Of a stretch of DNA of 64,000 bases, positions 1 through 10,189 are shown piece after piece. A program made the position numbers and the translations under genes. Location: the sequence record NC_019538.1; one strand, 5' to 3'. Under the pieces are notes generated by a model. That model was not told where the DNA came from, did not search any database, and saw only the letters and a program-made list of their open reading frames with translations. The stretch's first letter is position 1. Each line of letters begins with the position of its first letter.

Positions 1-959
1 TCACTAGCAGAACCAAGAGAACGAGCCAAGTCATCAGACAGACCTTCGGTTTGTTTGGCGATGCCACTAATATAATCCACGTCTTTCTTGACATGTAAAG
101 AATAATCGTATAGATTACCTACTGTTTGATAAGAATCTGTTTGTACATCAAGGTATTGAAGAGGGAATTCACCGTATCCAGTGTGTTCTACAAGTTCTTG
201 AACTAAAGGTGAATTTGTTTCGTCAGCCATTTCTAAATCGCTGATACGAGAATAAATGTTCCTAGTTGGATCCGGGTCTTGTCCAAGTTCGGTTCTAATC
301 TGGTTAACTTCTTCCCTCAAAGATGCAGGGGTGGAGTCTTCCCACCATTTTTCAAGAGAAGTAACGCGAACATCAAGATTAACTCCTGTGTTATAGTTAC
401 GTTCGATTTGACCTTTTACCCCAGAAGAAAGTGAACCGGGTGATGGAACTCCATCAATATCAAAATCTTTATAATTACCCAACATTTTTTTGATATGAAG
501 GTCATCTGCTCGGAGAGTTCGGAATCTAAGAGATGGATCACCAACTCCGATATTATCTGAAATTGACTGGATTTTTGCGTCGAGGATCACGTCGGTTTCT
601 TTGATGTCTTCAAGGATCCCACTATGGACATCCATTTCTGTTTCCAAATCGCCGACTCGTTGATATAAATCTCGTCCGTCACCAGCATTAATTATATCAT
701 CATGAATATTCACCTTGTCGATAACTTCCGACATCTTAGAAAGGATTGTTTCTTGGTTTTTATCCAATGTCTCTACGTTAGCAGAAATTTGAGTAGAGGG
801 GCGGTTTAAAACGCCCCCTTTATCACCAACAATAGTCGGATCCGCACCTTGCGGTTGCTCACCATTTTTAATCCATTCAACCTGTTTTTGACCAGAACCA
901 GCAACAGGCATATCAGAAGTATATTTCAGGTCATCCAATACAGGTTTAATAATTTCCAT
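1..959 (-). CDS. wac: fibritin (neck whiskers), 5' part; runs off the window start
   Basis: Read manually: ATG at 959, MEIIKPVLDDLKYTSDMPVAGSGQKQVEWIKNGE..., then coiled-coil heptads; T4 wac-like N-terminus; directly downstream of gp12. Confidence 0.85.
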   Translation of the reverse strand, partial: MEIIKPVLDDLKYTSDMPVAGSGQKQVEWIKNGEQPQGADPTIVGDKGGVLNRPSTQISANVETLDKNQETILSKMSEVIDKVNIHDDIINAGDGRDLYQRVGDLETEMDVHSGILEDIKETDVILDAKIQSISDNIGVGDPSLRFRTLRADDLHIKKMLGNYKDFDIDGVPSPGSLSSGVKGQIERNYNTGVNLDVRVTSLEKWWEDSTPASLREEVNQIRTELGQDPDPTRNIYSRISDLEMADETNSPLVQELVEHTGYGEFPLQYLDVQTDSYQTVGNLYDYSLHVKKDVDYISGIAKQTEGLSDDLARSLGSAS

Positions 960-989
960 TAGTTTTTACCCCATTCGTTTATATATTAG

Positions 990-996
990 TATTTAG
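990..996 (-). promoter_or_regulatory. late promoter CTAAATA for wac, overlapping the gp12 stop codon
   Basis: Same motif recurs upstream of many late genes here. Confidence 0.6.
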
Positions 997-2348
997 GTTG
1001 TTTGGTATATGTCATTAACACCCCAAACATGCCATATAATACAGTTGTCACCCGTGGTATGGAAATAAGTACCATTGGCGTTAAACCTACCAATCCACCA
1101 AGTAGAATCGGTGTCCGCAATCCACCAAGCGTTGGCGAAATTATCTTGAAGGATAGAAATTTGAGCCTTTGATATATAGTTAGACTTCATATGTCTACCA
1201 TCATCCCCAGAGGATACAACTATTAACCCATCGTAATTCCACCACGGCTGTGACATATTAAAGTCACCACTTTTATGACCGCCATATGGAGCAGCATTAA
1301 AAATCAATTGTCTATCAGTTCTATTAAGAGTTACTGCACTTCCACGATTAACCTTTCCATTTATTTGGTTTTGTTTATCCTCAAATGCTCCAACCGCCCA
1401 ATCATATCTCACAACCGCATTAGGTGAACCATCTTGGGGATTTGTAAGATATATATTTGGGGTAATCAACGCACCGGTCATTGTTCCACCGGTTTTTGCA
1501 ACTAAGGTTGTTGCTCCATGAGAACTTAACGCTTTATTCGTTGCCCCTTGTACAGCAACGTCTGTCAATGCAACAATACCCCACTGGGAAGACGATGCAA
1601 TCGGAAGAGTTGCGGGGCTAATGGCTACGTCAGTTGCAGTACGGGCATTAGACTCGGCTTGCGTTGCCATTTTTACTGTACCAACTCTTGATTGAGTTGC
1701 ACGAGTCTCAATAAAGCCTTTCGGACTAACTGCTACACCGTTATGCAAAGCCGCATTGATTACTGGGGATGGGGAAATCTTAACTATCCCAGAGGTCAAT
1801 TCAGTTGCGCCAGAATTTGCAGTAACTGCAAACTTATCTATCATTGCCTTAACAACATCAGGACTTGTTGCAGTAGTTGAATCAGTCCCTTGTTGTCCAA
1901 TGGTAATCGTGGATAATTTCAACGTACCGGCTTTTGTGGTAGAACCGATTGCTTTTGTTCTGATGATATCCCATATACCAGCCGTATTAATGCCTATAGA
2001 GGCGCTTGCTGCTGTTTCTAGACGTTCCGCGCTGGTAGCGTACCTAACTAGACCCTTAACCGTTTCTGATGCGTCTGGGCGCACCCATTTGGCTTGTAAG
2101 GTCTTGGGGGTAACGATTGCATCAGCCACTGTTCCTGCCAATACTTCCGCTTCCGTCGCAATCCTGAGAATACCCATTTTTGTTTCGGTCGCTTTCATAT
2201 CCTCATACCTTCCAATTGCATGGGGTTGTATGAGTTCAGCCATTTTTTGTACATCTTTAGTCGTTGCTGGGAAATTAGTGGTGCTAGGATCTAGCACCAC
2301 ATCAACAGCTTTAGAACTAATATGTTGTTCTGTATTATTAATCATCAT
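993..2348 (-). CDS. gp12: short tail fibre
   Basis: N-terminus NNTEQHISSKAVDVVLDPSTTNFP resembles T4 gp12; repeated ATxxxxG fibre motifs; position after gp11. Confidence 0.9.
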   Translation of the reverse strand: MMINNTEQHISSKAVDVVLDPSTTNFPATTKDVQKMAELIQPHAIGRYEDMKATETKMGILRIATEAEVLAGTVADAIVTPKTLQAKWVRPDASETVKGLVRYATSAERLETAASASIGINTAGIWDIIRTKAIGSTTKAGTLKLSTITIGQQGTDSTTATSPDVVKAMIDKFAVTANSGATELTSGIVKISPSPVINAALHNGVAVSPKGFIETRATQSRVGTVKMATQAESNARTATDVAISPATLPIASSSQWGIVALTDVAVQGATNKALSSHGATTLVAKTGGTMTGALITPNIYLTNPQDGSPNAVVRYDWAVGAFEDKQNQINGKVNRGSAVTLNRTDRQLIFNAAPYGGHKSGDFNMSQPWWNYDGLIVVSSGDDGRHMKSNYISKAQISILQDNFANAWWIADTDSTWWIGRFNANGTYFHTTGDNCIIWHVWGVNDIYQTT

Positions 2349-3319
2349 TAACCAATCCTTTTCCAGTAATAAAGTGTTGTTACCGTGGTATCAATTGCGA
2401 CTTTATCTTCTTTGAAAAACATTTCCCAATATCCGTAACCATAAGATGCAGGAGATCCAACAACCCAATCGACGGTCATCCCATATTCAGACCATGGTTC
2501 TGGTGTATGATCACGAAGATCTCTATATGTGAAGTTTATAGAATCACTAGAAAGTTTAGTAACATCCCTCACATATAAACCATCTACTTCAAATTGTTTA
2601 AGTAAGTCGAATACTTTATCTCTAACAAATGTCGGACTTACACCATCTGCAACTTCAATTCGAGTACCAAACACATCAAGAACAACAGGCATACCAGAAA
2701 TTGGAGATGAAATAGCACCAGAAAAGGTTAATGTGTCGATTTGTGGTTTTCCGCTTGGGTCTGTATTATCTATATTTATGATGACAGAACCTTTATTAAG
2801 TCTTCCCACATATGCAGCATCGGAAATTGCGTTTTCAACTGTCTTGAACTTGTTATGACTTCTGGCATCTTGGATTGTTAGGTTACCGATACCACCAACA
2901 ACAGATAGTGTCTCTAATGTCGGGTCTCCATTAAACTCATGGTCTGATGCTTTCCGGCTCTTAATCATAGAAGCCATTCGACTTCTAGTCATATCTGTGT
3001 TTGTTCTACCGTCAAACATAGTCACGGTTACAACAGACGAATCCAAAGAACTTAGTTCCGCACCTGACGTGGAATTAACTTCTTTAACACGACATCTGAA
3101 ATAACCATGATTATATGATGCGTTTGATGGAAGAACCCTTAGATTATCAGTTGCCGCACTAGCATCAACAACAGCAGTCCAAGCATTGCTATCTACGGAA
3201 GATTCCCAAGAATATCTAAGTTCTGCATCTACGTTGTTTGTACTTGCTAAAATAGAAAGCTGGTAGGAACTACCAGCATAATATGTTAGGCTTCTTGGTT
3301 GTTGAAAAATACTTATCAT
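2348..3319 (-). CDS. gp11: baseplate wedge subunit gp11 with an extra N-terminal Ig-like domain
   Basis: Likely start MISIFQQP at 3319 (TAATG overlap with the gp10 stop); C-terminal part ends YYWKRIG as in gp11; synteny 10-11-12. Confidence 0.85.
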   Translation of the reverse strand: MISIFQQPRSLTYYAGSSYQLSILASTNNVDAELRYSWESSVDSNAWTAVVDASAATDNLRVLPSNASYNHGYFRCRVKEVNSTSGAELSSLDSSVVTVTMFDGRTNTDMTRSRMASMIKSRKASDHEFNGDPTLETLSVVGGIGNLTIQDARSHNKFKTVENAISDAAYVGRLNKGSVIINIDNTDPSGKPQIDTLTFSGAISSPISGMPVVLDVFGTRIEVADGVSPTFVRDKVFDLLKQFEVDGLYVRDVTKLSSDSINFTYRDLRDHTPEPWSEYGMTVDWVVGSPASYGYGYWEMFFKEDKVAIDTTVTTLYYWKRIG

Positions 3320-5457
3320 TATTCTACCCTTAGCCATCTATGGGCGGTGGTTGTAGGTTGGATCACAGAGAACGGGTTTACTGTTTCGTTTGGTCTGGTA
3401 TAGACATAATCCTCTCTGTATTTCTTATAACCCGGACCACTCTCGTCTGGGTCGTATTGACACCCACCAACAAGAACATCACCATTCGGATCTGCAATAA
3501 GCGCCTTTTCCGTGCTTTTTGTTCCGGGGGTGTTATCAACCGCAAGGGTTACGTCGTTTTCACCAAAAATACTACCGGCACTGTGTCTTGGTTGTCCGTT
3601 AATATCCAAATCTTGGTTATTCAGACCGTATATCGGGTCGTTTGGATTCTGACTATTCCACCCAGCAACAACCTTACCCTCTGCCCAACGAACCCAAGTA
3701 CCAATCCCCATATAGGTTGCTGGGTTGTTCGGGTTATGTGCGTTTTCGTAGATAGTACCAACTGGATAAAACATATCAAACAGCATTGCAATAGAGTTTG
3801 CAGGAACGTTGATCAAATCGTTAGGATCTGGTTGTACTGTCTTTGGGGTTGGATTGAAAGGATCGGAATATCTAATTTTCCCGGTCAAAGTAACAGGAAC
3901 AGTATTGATATACTTTTTGTCTGTCTCTTTGATAATATCGTCAAGTTCAAGCAACGAACCAATATCATTATTAAACCAACGAATCGTAATAACGTCTTCA
4001 TGGTTGAACGGTTCGTTCACCACGATATCACGCATATAACCGTTCTCATCTTCGATAGGTCCAAAATCAACACCGGTAGGAACCCAAACACCACCATTAG
4101 CAATACAAGATTCTTGAGTTAAGCTATCCGCACCTTCACAAGTAAAAAACGGTATATCGCCCTGTCCAGATTTAACCAATTGACGACCGTTGACAATCAT
4201 CTCTAGAGTTTTTGGGTTAAAAGTCTCACTCGGTTGGAAGCCGAATTCGGAAAGGTTGAATCTAAATTTAGCAGACAGATCACCAACAAACCGACGTCCA
4301 GTTTCAGAAACATAATCAACAGGAACATATTGATCAGAATAAACCCGAATAGTCGCAGTTTCGTAAGAACTTCTATATGTAGCCAAACCATCTAAGAAAG
4401 TTTCGATAACAACAACATCACCAGCTTCACATGGCTTTTCTAGCTTAATGGTATATCCATCAAGGTCTGTTATTTTACTAACACCAACATAGTATGAAAA
4501 TTTTGTTGCTATTTTCATTTGAGCTAGAATGTCGGGGGTTTCATTCACAGAAACATATTCGCTGGTCAGTTTATCAAATTTCATGAGGTATGTTTTATCG
4601 TTATAAACACACACCAGACGGTCTTCGTTAAGTGGTTTCTTATTAAGGTCGAATTTTATGTATGTCTTTTTATCAGATTCTTTAGAATAGAAAGATACTA
4701 CAGTATTCCCTTCAACTGTTCCAAACCTAGTTCCCTTACCAACAATAGTACCCCATCTATCGCTATCGATTTTTACCGGGTTAATATCAATCTTGGCTGG
4801 GTCTGCAACAGTCTTTTGAACAATAGAACCATAGTTTGATTCGGGACCGTATTCCTGACCGTAATAAAGAATGTTACCGCGCTTATATACGTTAATCGAG
4901 TTTCTGTTATAACCAGACGAGAATATATTTTGAAAATCGGTTTGACCTTCGGTTGCAATAAATTCTTTTTTAGCAACGGTTGCTATGTCGTTGGATCTAA
5001 TTTCACCAACATATTTACTTGGTACATAATCCCAGTTACCGGGAGAGCAATATACAAGTTCAACGTCCATGAAATTGTTTTCTAATCTGTGTGTACCAGA
5101 AGACCCTTTGATGGTATTAAATCCACCGGGAACCAGAATTACAGGGTTTCCGCCCCAAGTTCCCATTACATCACGAACACGAATAACCTTACCATAATCG
5201 GCTGGTGTCCCACTCGGAAGATTGACAGTAATACGACCGGTTGTTGTATTAATTACCCAAGCCTGACCCATAATAGCTGAGAGAGTTTTTGTGTGGTCGC
5301 TATATGGTTTCCATGCACCGGCAGCATGAGGAATGTTACCATCCCCCAAGTTGTAGTAAAGTTCATTAAAGTTGTCGTTTGTCTTCTGACCACCTTTTCT
5401 AAGGTAATCACCGGTTCCGTCATCAACACGATTACCAATAATAATTTGCTGTTTCAT
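3319..5457 (-). CDS. gp10: baseplate wedge subunit / tail pin gp10
   Basis: MKQQIIIGNRVDDGTGDYLRKGGQKTNDNFNELY is the T4 gp10 N-terminal motif; 712 aa. Confidence 0.95.
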   Translation of the reverse strand: MKQQIIIGNRVDDGTGDYLRKGGQKTNDNFNELYYNLGDGNIPHAAGAWKPYSDHTKTLSAIMGQAWVINTTTGRITVNLPSGTPADYGKVIRVRDVMGTWGGNPVILVPGGFNTIKGSSGTHRLENNFMDVELVYCSPGNWDYVPSKYVGEIRSNDIATVAKKEFIATEGQTDFQNIFSSGYNRNSINVYKRGNILYYGQEYGPESNYGSIVQKTVADPAKIDINPVKIDSDRWGTIVGKGTRFGTVEGNTVVSFYSKESDKKTYIKFDLNKKPLNEDRLVCVYNDKTYLMKFDKLTSEYVSVNETPDILAQMKIATKFSYYVGVSKITDLDGYTIKLEKPCEAGDVVVIETFLDGLATYRSSYETATIRVYSDQYVPVDYVSETGRRFVGDLSAKFRFNLSEFGFQPSETFNPKTLEMIVNGRQLVKSGQGDIPFFTCEGADSLTQESCIANGGVWVPTGVDFGPIEDENGYMRDIVVNEPFNHEDVITIRWFNNDIGSLLELDDIIKETDKKYINTVPVTLTGKIRYSDPFNPTPKTVQPDPNDLINVPANSIAMLFDMFYPVGTIYENAHNPNNPATYMGIGTWVRWAEGKVVAGWNSQNPNDPIYGLNNQDLDINGQPRHSAGSIFGENDVTLAVDNTPGTKSTEKALIADPNGDVLVGGCQYDPDESGPGYKKYREDYVYTRPNETVNPFSVIQPTTTAHRWLRVE

Positions 5458-5459
5458 TT

Positions 5460-6386
5460 TTATGCCCCAATTGCATCGATAGATTTGATATATACGTCTA
5501 TCGTTGACTGACTAATGTTTTTTATGGTCAGTAAAACAGAATTACCTGTGATGCTATAAGAAGCTTCGAATAAAAGGTTTTCTTCCGCTTTATCTGGTGT
5601 TTTGGTTCGCAGTCTGGCGTATTCAGTAGAATAAACTTTGGTATCTGCGGTACTGGTATTATTTACCATCAGTAAAGTTTCGCATGATTCTTGAAGGGCA
5701 CCAACACCACGTTGAGTAACAAAGACCATGTGTTTAACGGCGTTGAATTGTGGCTTACTAAACAAAACTACGTTTCGGTCAGCACCAACAGCAATCCCAG
5801 TAATAGTGGCGCTATATGAAGTTGCAGAATCGCCATAAATCGATTCAAGCTTATAGTTCCATTTCGAACCCGCTGGGCTTGCTTCTGCTACCCATATGGT
5901 CAATTTGAAATTGGAACGGTTTACAACCAATCTATTCCCACTAGCACCGATGGTATCACCAGAACCACTAGTCCGAATGATCACTTCTTTACCAGCACCA
6001 AACCCCACAGAACCGTCTGTATTGACGAATTCTATGCATTCCCCACCATGACCACTACCTTGGGGAAGAGTTATAGTAAGGTCTCCTGTACCGTCTCTGA
6101 TAACAGATAGGTCGTGCATAGAACCAAATTCTACTGGGTTACCAGATGGCTGTTCTGCCCCCGCATAGTATGCCCGAGTGTGTTTCTGATAATATCCAGT
6201 ACCATGGAGGGTTTGGACGCGATTACCAAAACCAGAAGTCTTACCAATTCTGTAGTCCCCGAACACGTTCCAAATACTGTTTATATCTTGGTTTAATTTT
6301 AAGCCGCCGTCATGAAGGGTATCACCTGTTCCTTCTTGACCACGGACGCCAGTATCAACTAGCTCTTTAGGCTTTTGTACAGACAT
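5460..6386 (-). CDS. gp9: baseplate wedge tail fibre connector gp9
   Basis: MSVQKPKELVDTG...GTGDTLHDGGLKLN matches the gp9 N-terminus. Confidence 0.92.
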   Translation of the reverse strand: MSVQKPKELVDTGVRGQEGTGDTLHDGGLKLNQDINSIWNVFGDYRIGKTSGFGNRVQTLHGTGYYQKHTRAYYAGAEQPSGNPVEFGSMHDLSVIRDGTGDLTITLPQGSGHGGECIEFVNTDGSVGFGAGKEVIIRTSGSGDTIGASGNRLVVNRSNFKLTIWVAEASPAGSKWNYKLESIYGDSATSYSATITGIAVGADRNVVLFSKPQFNAVKHMVFVTQRGVGALQESCETLLMVNNTSTADTKVYSTEYARLRTKTPDKAEENLLFEASYSITGNSVLLTIKNISQSTIDVYIKSIDAIGA

Positions 6387-6422
6387 TATTTTATATCCTT
6401 TATTTTATAGGGTTCACCCTTG

Positions 6423-6429
6423 TATTTAG
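6423..6429 (-). promoter_or_regulatory. late promoter CTAAATA for genes 9-12
   Basis: Motif lies between the gp8 terminator and gp9. Confidence 0.7.
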
Positions 6430-6437
6430 GAGAAAAT

Positions 6438-6467
6438 AAAAAACCCGACCTGACGGTCGGGTTTTTT
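6438..6467 (-). terminator. intrinsic terminator after gp8
   Basis: AAAAAACCCGACC-TGAC-GGTCGGGTTTTTT perfect hairpin with A/T tails. Confidence 0.85.
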
Positions 6468-7449
6468 AGAAACTAAACACCACGTTAAATTCTTCCGTTT
6501 GATCTCTAGAACGAATTACCGGTTGTCTATTATCCATATAGATAACATTACCGCTATGTCTTTCTAGTTGTGACGGATCGTAACTGAGTGCAGTTGCTTT
6601 TACATCTGGGTCCGCTGGTGTATTTTTCACCAACAGTGGGTTGTTTATAATTCCCATCTGTCGAAAACCAGTGTTACCTATTTTACTAGATGCTGGGAAA
6701 TTATAACTGTCGAAATAAGACCTAAACCTAAGTGTATTACATTTTATCCTACCAATTAGGTTATAATCATTTGGATACCAAGTTATAACATGTTGGTATC
6801 CCCACACATCGGGAGATGTTTTTAGTTCATCGGGGGTTGGCACTACGATATATTCATTTGAACAATCGTTTATTGCAACGTCGGTTGGTATTGTGTATAG
6901 ATATTCCCATATATAACCATCTTGCATGTTTACGCCATCAGAACGTCCAATCGGGAGTATGCTGAATATTGATGGAGTCCATTTACCACCAACTTTCAAA
7001 CACTCTTCCTTGTCTTTAATGGTTTGAATCGAACACATACCATCTGATGGTACATCGACACAACGATAAACCATCCACCCAGACCCAATTTCAGTTGTGT
7101 TATATGGTGCTGAGTTGGTAACTACAATGTCACCGATATGGAAAGTGTATGGGTCTGCATATCTCTGGTCACCCCAATCTTTACGAGGCACCACCGGACG
7201 GATAAGTTCTTTTTGGATCTTAACTGCTCCGAGCATCCTAGACCAAATATCCGAATACCCCTCCGATGTATCGTCAGGATATGGCGGTGCAAATTTTGGA
7301 TCCGACTCGTTATCCGCCCATGCTTCACTTCTTCCGAAATATGCATAGAGGGTATTTTGTGTATTACCATCTCCGATAAGAGAATAAAAGTTTAAAAGGT
7401 TAGCGACCCGAAAGTCGCTAGTAACCATTGCTCTATAAATCACTGACAT
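6466..7449 (-). CDS. gp8: baseplate wedge subunit gp8
   Basis: SVIYRAMVTSDFRVANLLNFY resembles T4 gp8; synteny. Confidence 0.95.
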   Translation of the reverse strand: MSVIYRAMVTSDFRVANLLNFYSLIGDGNTQNTLYAYFGRSEAWADNESDPKFAPPYPDDTSEGYSDIWSRMLGAVKIQKELIRPVVPRKDWGDQRYADPYTFHIGDIVVTNSAPYNTTEIGSGWMVYRCVDVPSDGMCSIQTIKDKEECLKVGGKWTPSIFSILPIGRSDGVNMQDGYIWEYLYTIPTDVAINDCSNEYIVVPTPDELKTSPDVWGYQHVITWYPNDYNLIGRIKCNTLRFRSYFDSYNFPASSKIGNTGFRQMGIINNPLLVKNTPADPDVKATALSYDPSQLERHSGNVIYMDNRQPVIRSRDQTEEFNVVFSF

Positions 7450-10136
7450 TATTGTTCTACCTTAACTTGGGTAGGCGGTACTGGCACAAGGAGTTTACTT
7501 ACATCACGAGGATTGCCTATATCATCCTTAAGCCGTTTTTCTGACAACCGTTTAAGGTCAGAATACCTACTACTGAAATCGCTAAACAAGGGACTACCAT
7601 CAAGCCTACGCGCCGATGGGGTATAAACAACACCGTCAACAGTCCAATTTTGTTCATCTTGGTCATAATTTCTGACCTCAAATACATTACCGGTACTTGT
7701 ATCAATTGCGTTATTCCACTCAGACACATCAAATGGCGTTTGTGGTTGTTCCACTTCCATTAATTCCCCTGTTATCGGGTCGAATAGAGGTACTGGATCT
7801 GTAAACGAACCATTGGGGTCTGGTACTGTTCTATATTTAGGGGTTAGGCTAGGTAAACCTGAATCCCACCGATATGATTTATTTATATCGACGATAGTCT
7901 CTATGTGTTTCATAGAAATACCACCGTTAACCATAACAGTTAGTAGAGTAATACCAACAAATCCAAATCCAACTGGATGAACAAACCGAATAACATCATC
8001 CTTATATCGAGATGTGTTCAATTCAGAACGAATTCTCATCATATAGTAAGATCTGTTTCTGTTTATATAATCTATGTCGGAATATGCCAGCTCTTTACCC
8101 TTAACTCCCCGCGTGACTTCACCAACAAAAGAACTTGATTCAGATTTTATTTCTTGCCCAACTTCCAACTTACCAATAAGGTTATGAATCGTTATTTTCC
8201 ATCTTAACTGACCATCAACAAACTGACGCTCAATATAGGTAACGTTGGCTCGACCAGTTTTGGTAAATATCGTTCTTCCAACAAGATCAGTACTGATATT
8301 AGACGACTTAACCAGTATATCATAATCTATCCCAACTTGAGATTCGATTTCAATATCTACATCGGCATCATATAGCAGTTTGAACAAGAACTTATAACTA
8401 TCCAGAGTTCCCTTTGAGCTATAAAAGTTATTGGCGTTAGCTTCGAAGAATTTAACAACCTCATCTCTCTTGTTTTGGTCTAGATATATATTCCGTCTTC
8501 TCATCTCAGACCACAAAAATACGAAAGAATCTTTTTCTCTCGGGTATTTCAGTTTGATGAAATTGAGAAGCTTGCCATACATCGAATCAGTACCATCAGA
8601 TAGGAATTGAAGATAATATTCAGCAAACTTAGAGTAATTTGAATCATTGAAATAATGTTCAGGCCCCATAATTCTCAACATAGGTGCGATATTTGGGTCA
8701 ATAATTCCTGTATCATCCTTCTTCTCTTCAACAACTTCTCTTTCTTGGTTTATCAAAGAAGCTTGCAACGCGATATATTCTGGTCTCCAAAATACAGATG
8801 CTTCGTCTCTAACACGATAAGGGAACTCATAGTATCCAAATATCTCTCCACCAAGACCATTCTCTCTATTATAAGCAGTATGGATCAAAATACCGTTACA
8901 ATACTTACTAAAGTTTTTGAAATTGATATTGTTCAGATAAAATTTTACAGAACCTTTATTCCAAACTTCTTTGTTATATACCCGTGTAGGGTCTATGTTA
9001 TATTGGTATTTGGTGGAAGGTGTTATAAGAACTATTCGGTTTTCATGGTTTTTCCAAACCCTCTCCCCAGTCATAGCCATATAATCAAACCCAGCCTCGT
9101 TATAATATCTAGCTGGTCTTAAGGAGAAAACATCACCATCTTCGGTTTCCCATTGATACATGAAAACTTTCTTTTCACTAAGATATCCAAAGTCGGAACT
9201 GTATTTCACCGCATAGGTCACATCATCCGGGTATTTATTAACGGTATCAAGATCTTCGATAGTATTGGTGTATTTGTAAGTTGCACCTGATACAAATAAT
9301 TTAGTACCATCAACACTCATATCTGAATATTTGTGTTCGATATTATACCGTTCATCCTCGGTATTCCCAAATACTCTTTCCCATGAACCACCATCCGGAA
9401 CAGAAGGCTTTACTATCTGTCCATCTTCTTGGTAAAGGTCAAAAATATTAGGATAGGCAAAATCGTCAACAAACCGACTATATTTCACCGGGTCTACTAT
9501 CTTTTGTACAGGGTCAGAATAGATATCAGCAATAAACTCAAATGAGTCGTGGCTATCACTTGGTACAAAGTTGACTTTCATTTGCATTCCATGGGTTCTA
9601 CCTTGGAATATCCTAGATTCCCATCGTGTAGAAACTTTACCAACGTGTGTACCGTCAGGAAGGAAAGTCACCATCTCACGACCAACGTCAATACCATTGA
9701 TAAAACTAATATCTTCTGCTGGGTCGGAGAAGTTCATATTCCCCAACATAAAATCTTCTTTCTTGTATTTTTCGTTGAGACGATATACACCAGAATATGT
9801 AGATTTCTTTACGTTTTTCGGATCTCTTTTATCTTTCCCTGCGTCTACTTCACCGGATACCAGCGCATAACAAACCTCGTTAAGCACATCCATTTTCTTA
9901 ACTACTACGTTTGGATTATCACAGATCGTAAAGACTTCCGGATCCCATATGATATTACCTTCATTATCGGTTGGGCCACCAGATACACGTATACGTCTAG
10001 CAACACCATTTGCAGAGGCATATAGCCACATATTAGAGGACGTTTGAGCTTCTACTTTTCTTCTGATGTCGTCGGGGTACTTGGCAAAAGTCCCAAAGAA
10101 CATAGTAGGAAATGGGATAGACGAATCAGTATCCAT
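7449..10136 (-). CDS. gp7: baseplate wedge initiator gp7, C-terminal segment (continues the upstream ORF after a frameshift)
   Basis: WERVFGNT, VIRFVHPVGFGF and RLKDDIGNPRD are gp7 motifs; the frame stays open upstream to FYGRNVDEVRFSS near 10215. Confidence 0.9.
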   Translation of the reverse strand: MDTDSSIPFPTMFFGTFAKYPDDIRRKVEAQTSSNMWLYASANGVARRIRVSGGPTDNEGNIIWDPEVFTICDNPNVVVKKMDVLNEVCYALVSGEVDAGKDKRDPKNVKKSTYSGVYRLNEKYKKEDFMLGNMNFSDPAEDISFINGIDVGREMVTFLPDGTHVGKVSTRWESRIFQGRTHGMQMKVNFVPSDSHDSFEFIADIYSDPVQKIVDPVKYSRFVDDFAYPNIFDLYQEDGQIVKPSVPDGGSWERVFGNTEDERYNIEHKYSDMSVDGTKLFVSGATYKYTNTIEDLDTVNKYPDDVTYAVKYSSDFGYLSEKKVFMYQWETEDGDVFSLRPARYYNEAGFDYMAMTGERVWKNHENRIVLITPSTKYQYNIDPTRVYNKEVWNKGSVKFYLNNINFKNFSKYCNGILIHTAYNRENGLGGEIFGYYEFPYRVRDEASVFWRPEYIALQASLINQEREVVEEKKDDTGIIDPNIAPMLRIMGPEHYFNDSNYSKFAEYYLQFLSDGTDSMYGKLLNFIKLKYPREKDSFVFLWSEMRRRNIYLDQNKRDEVVKFFEANANNFYSSKGTLDSYKFLFKLLYDADVDIEIESQVGIDYDILVKSSNISTDLVGRTIFTKTGRANVTYIERQFVDGQLRWKITIHNLIGKLEVGQEIKSESSSFVGEVTRGVKGKELAYSDIDYINRNRSYYMMRIRSELNTSRYKDDVIRFVHPVGFGFVGITLLTVMVNGGISMKHIETIVDINKSYRWDSGLPSLTPKYRTVPDPNGSFTDPVPLFDPITGELMEVEQPQTPFDVSEWNNAIDTSTGNVFEVRNYDQDEQNWTVDGVVYTPSARRLDGSPLFSDFSSRYSDLKRLSEKRLKDDIGNPRDVSKLLVPVPPTQVKVEQ

Positions 10137-10189
10137 CTTAACAAATGTAAGCTGATCATCAGACCAAAAATGAAGATCTGAGCTAAATC

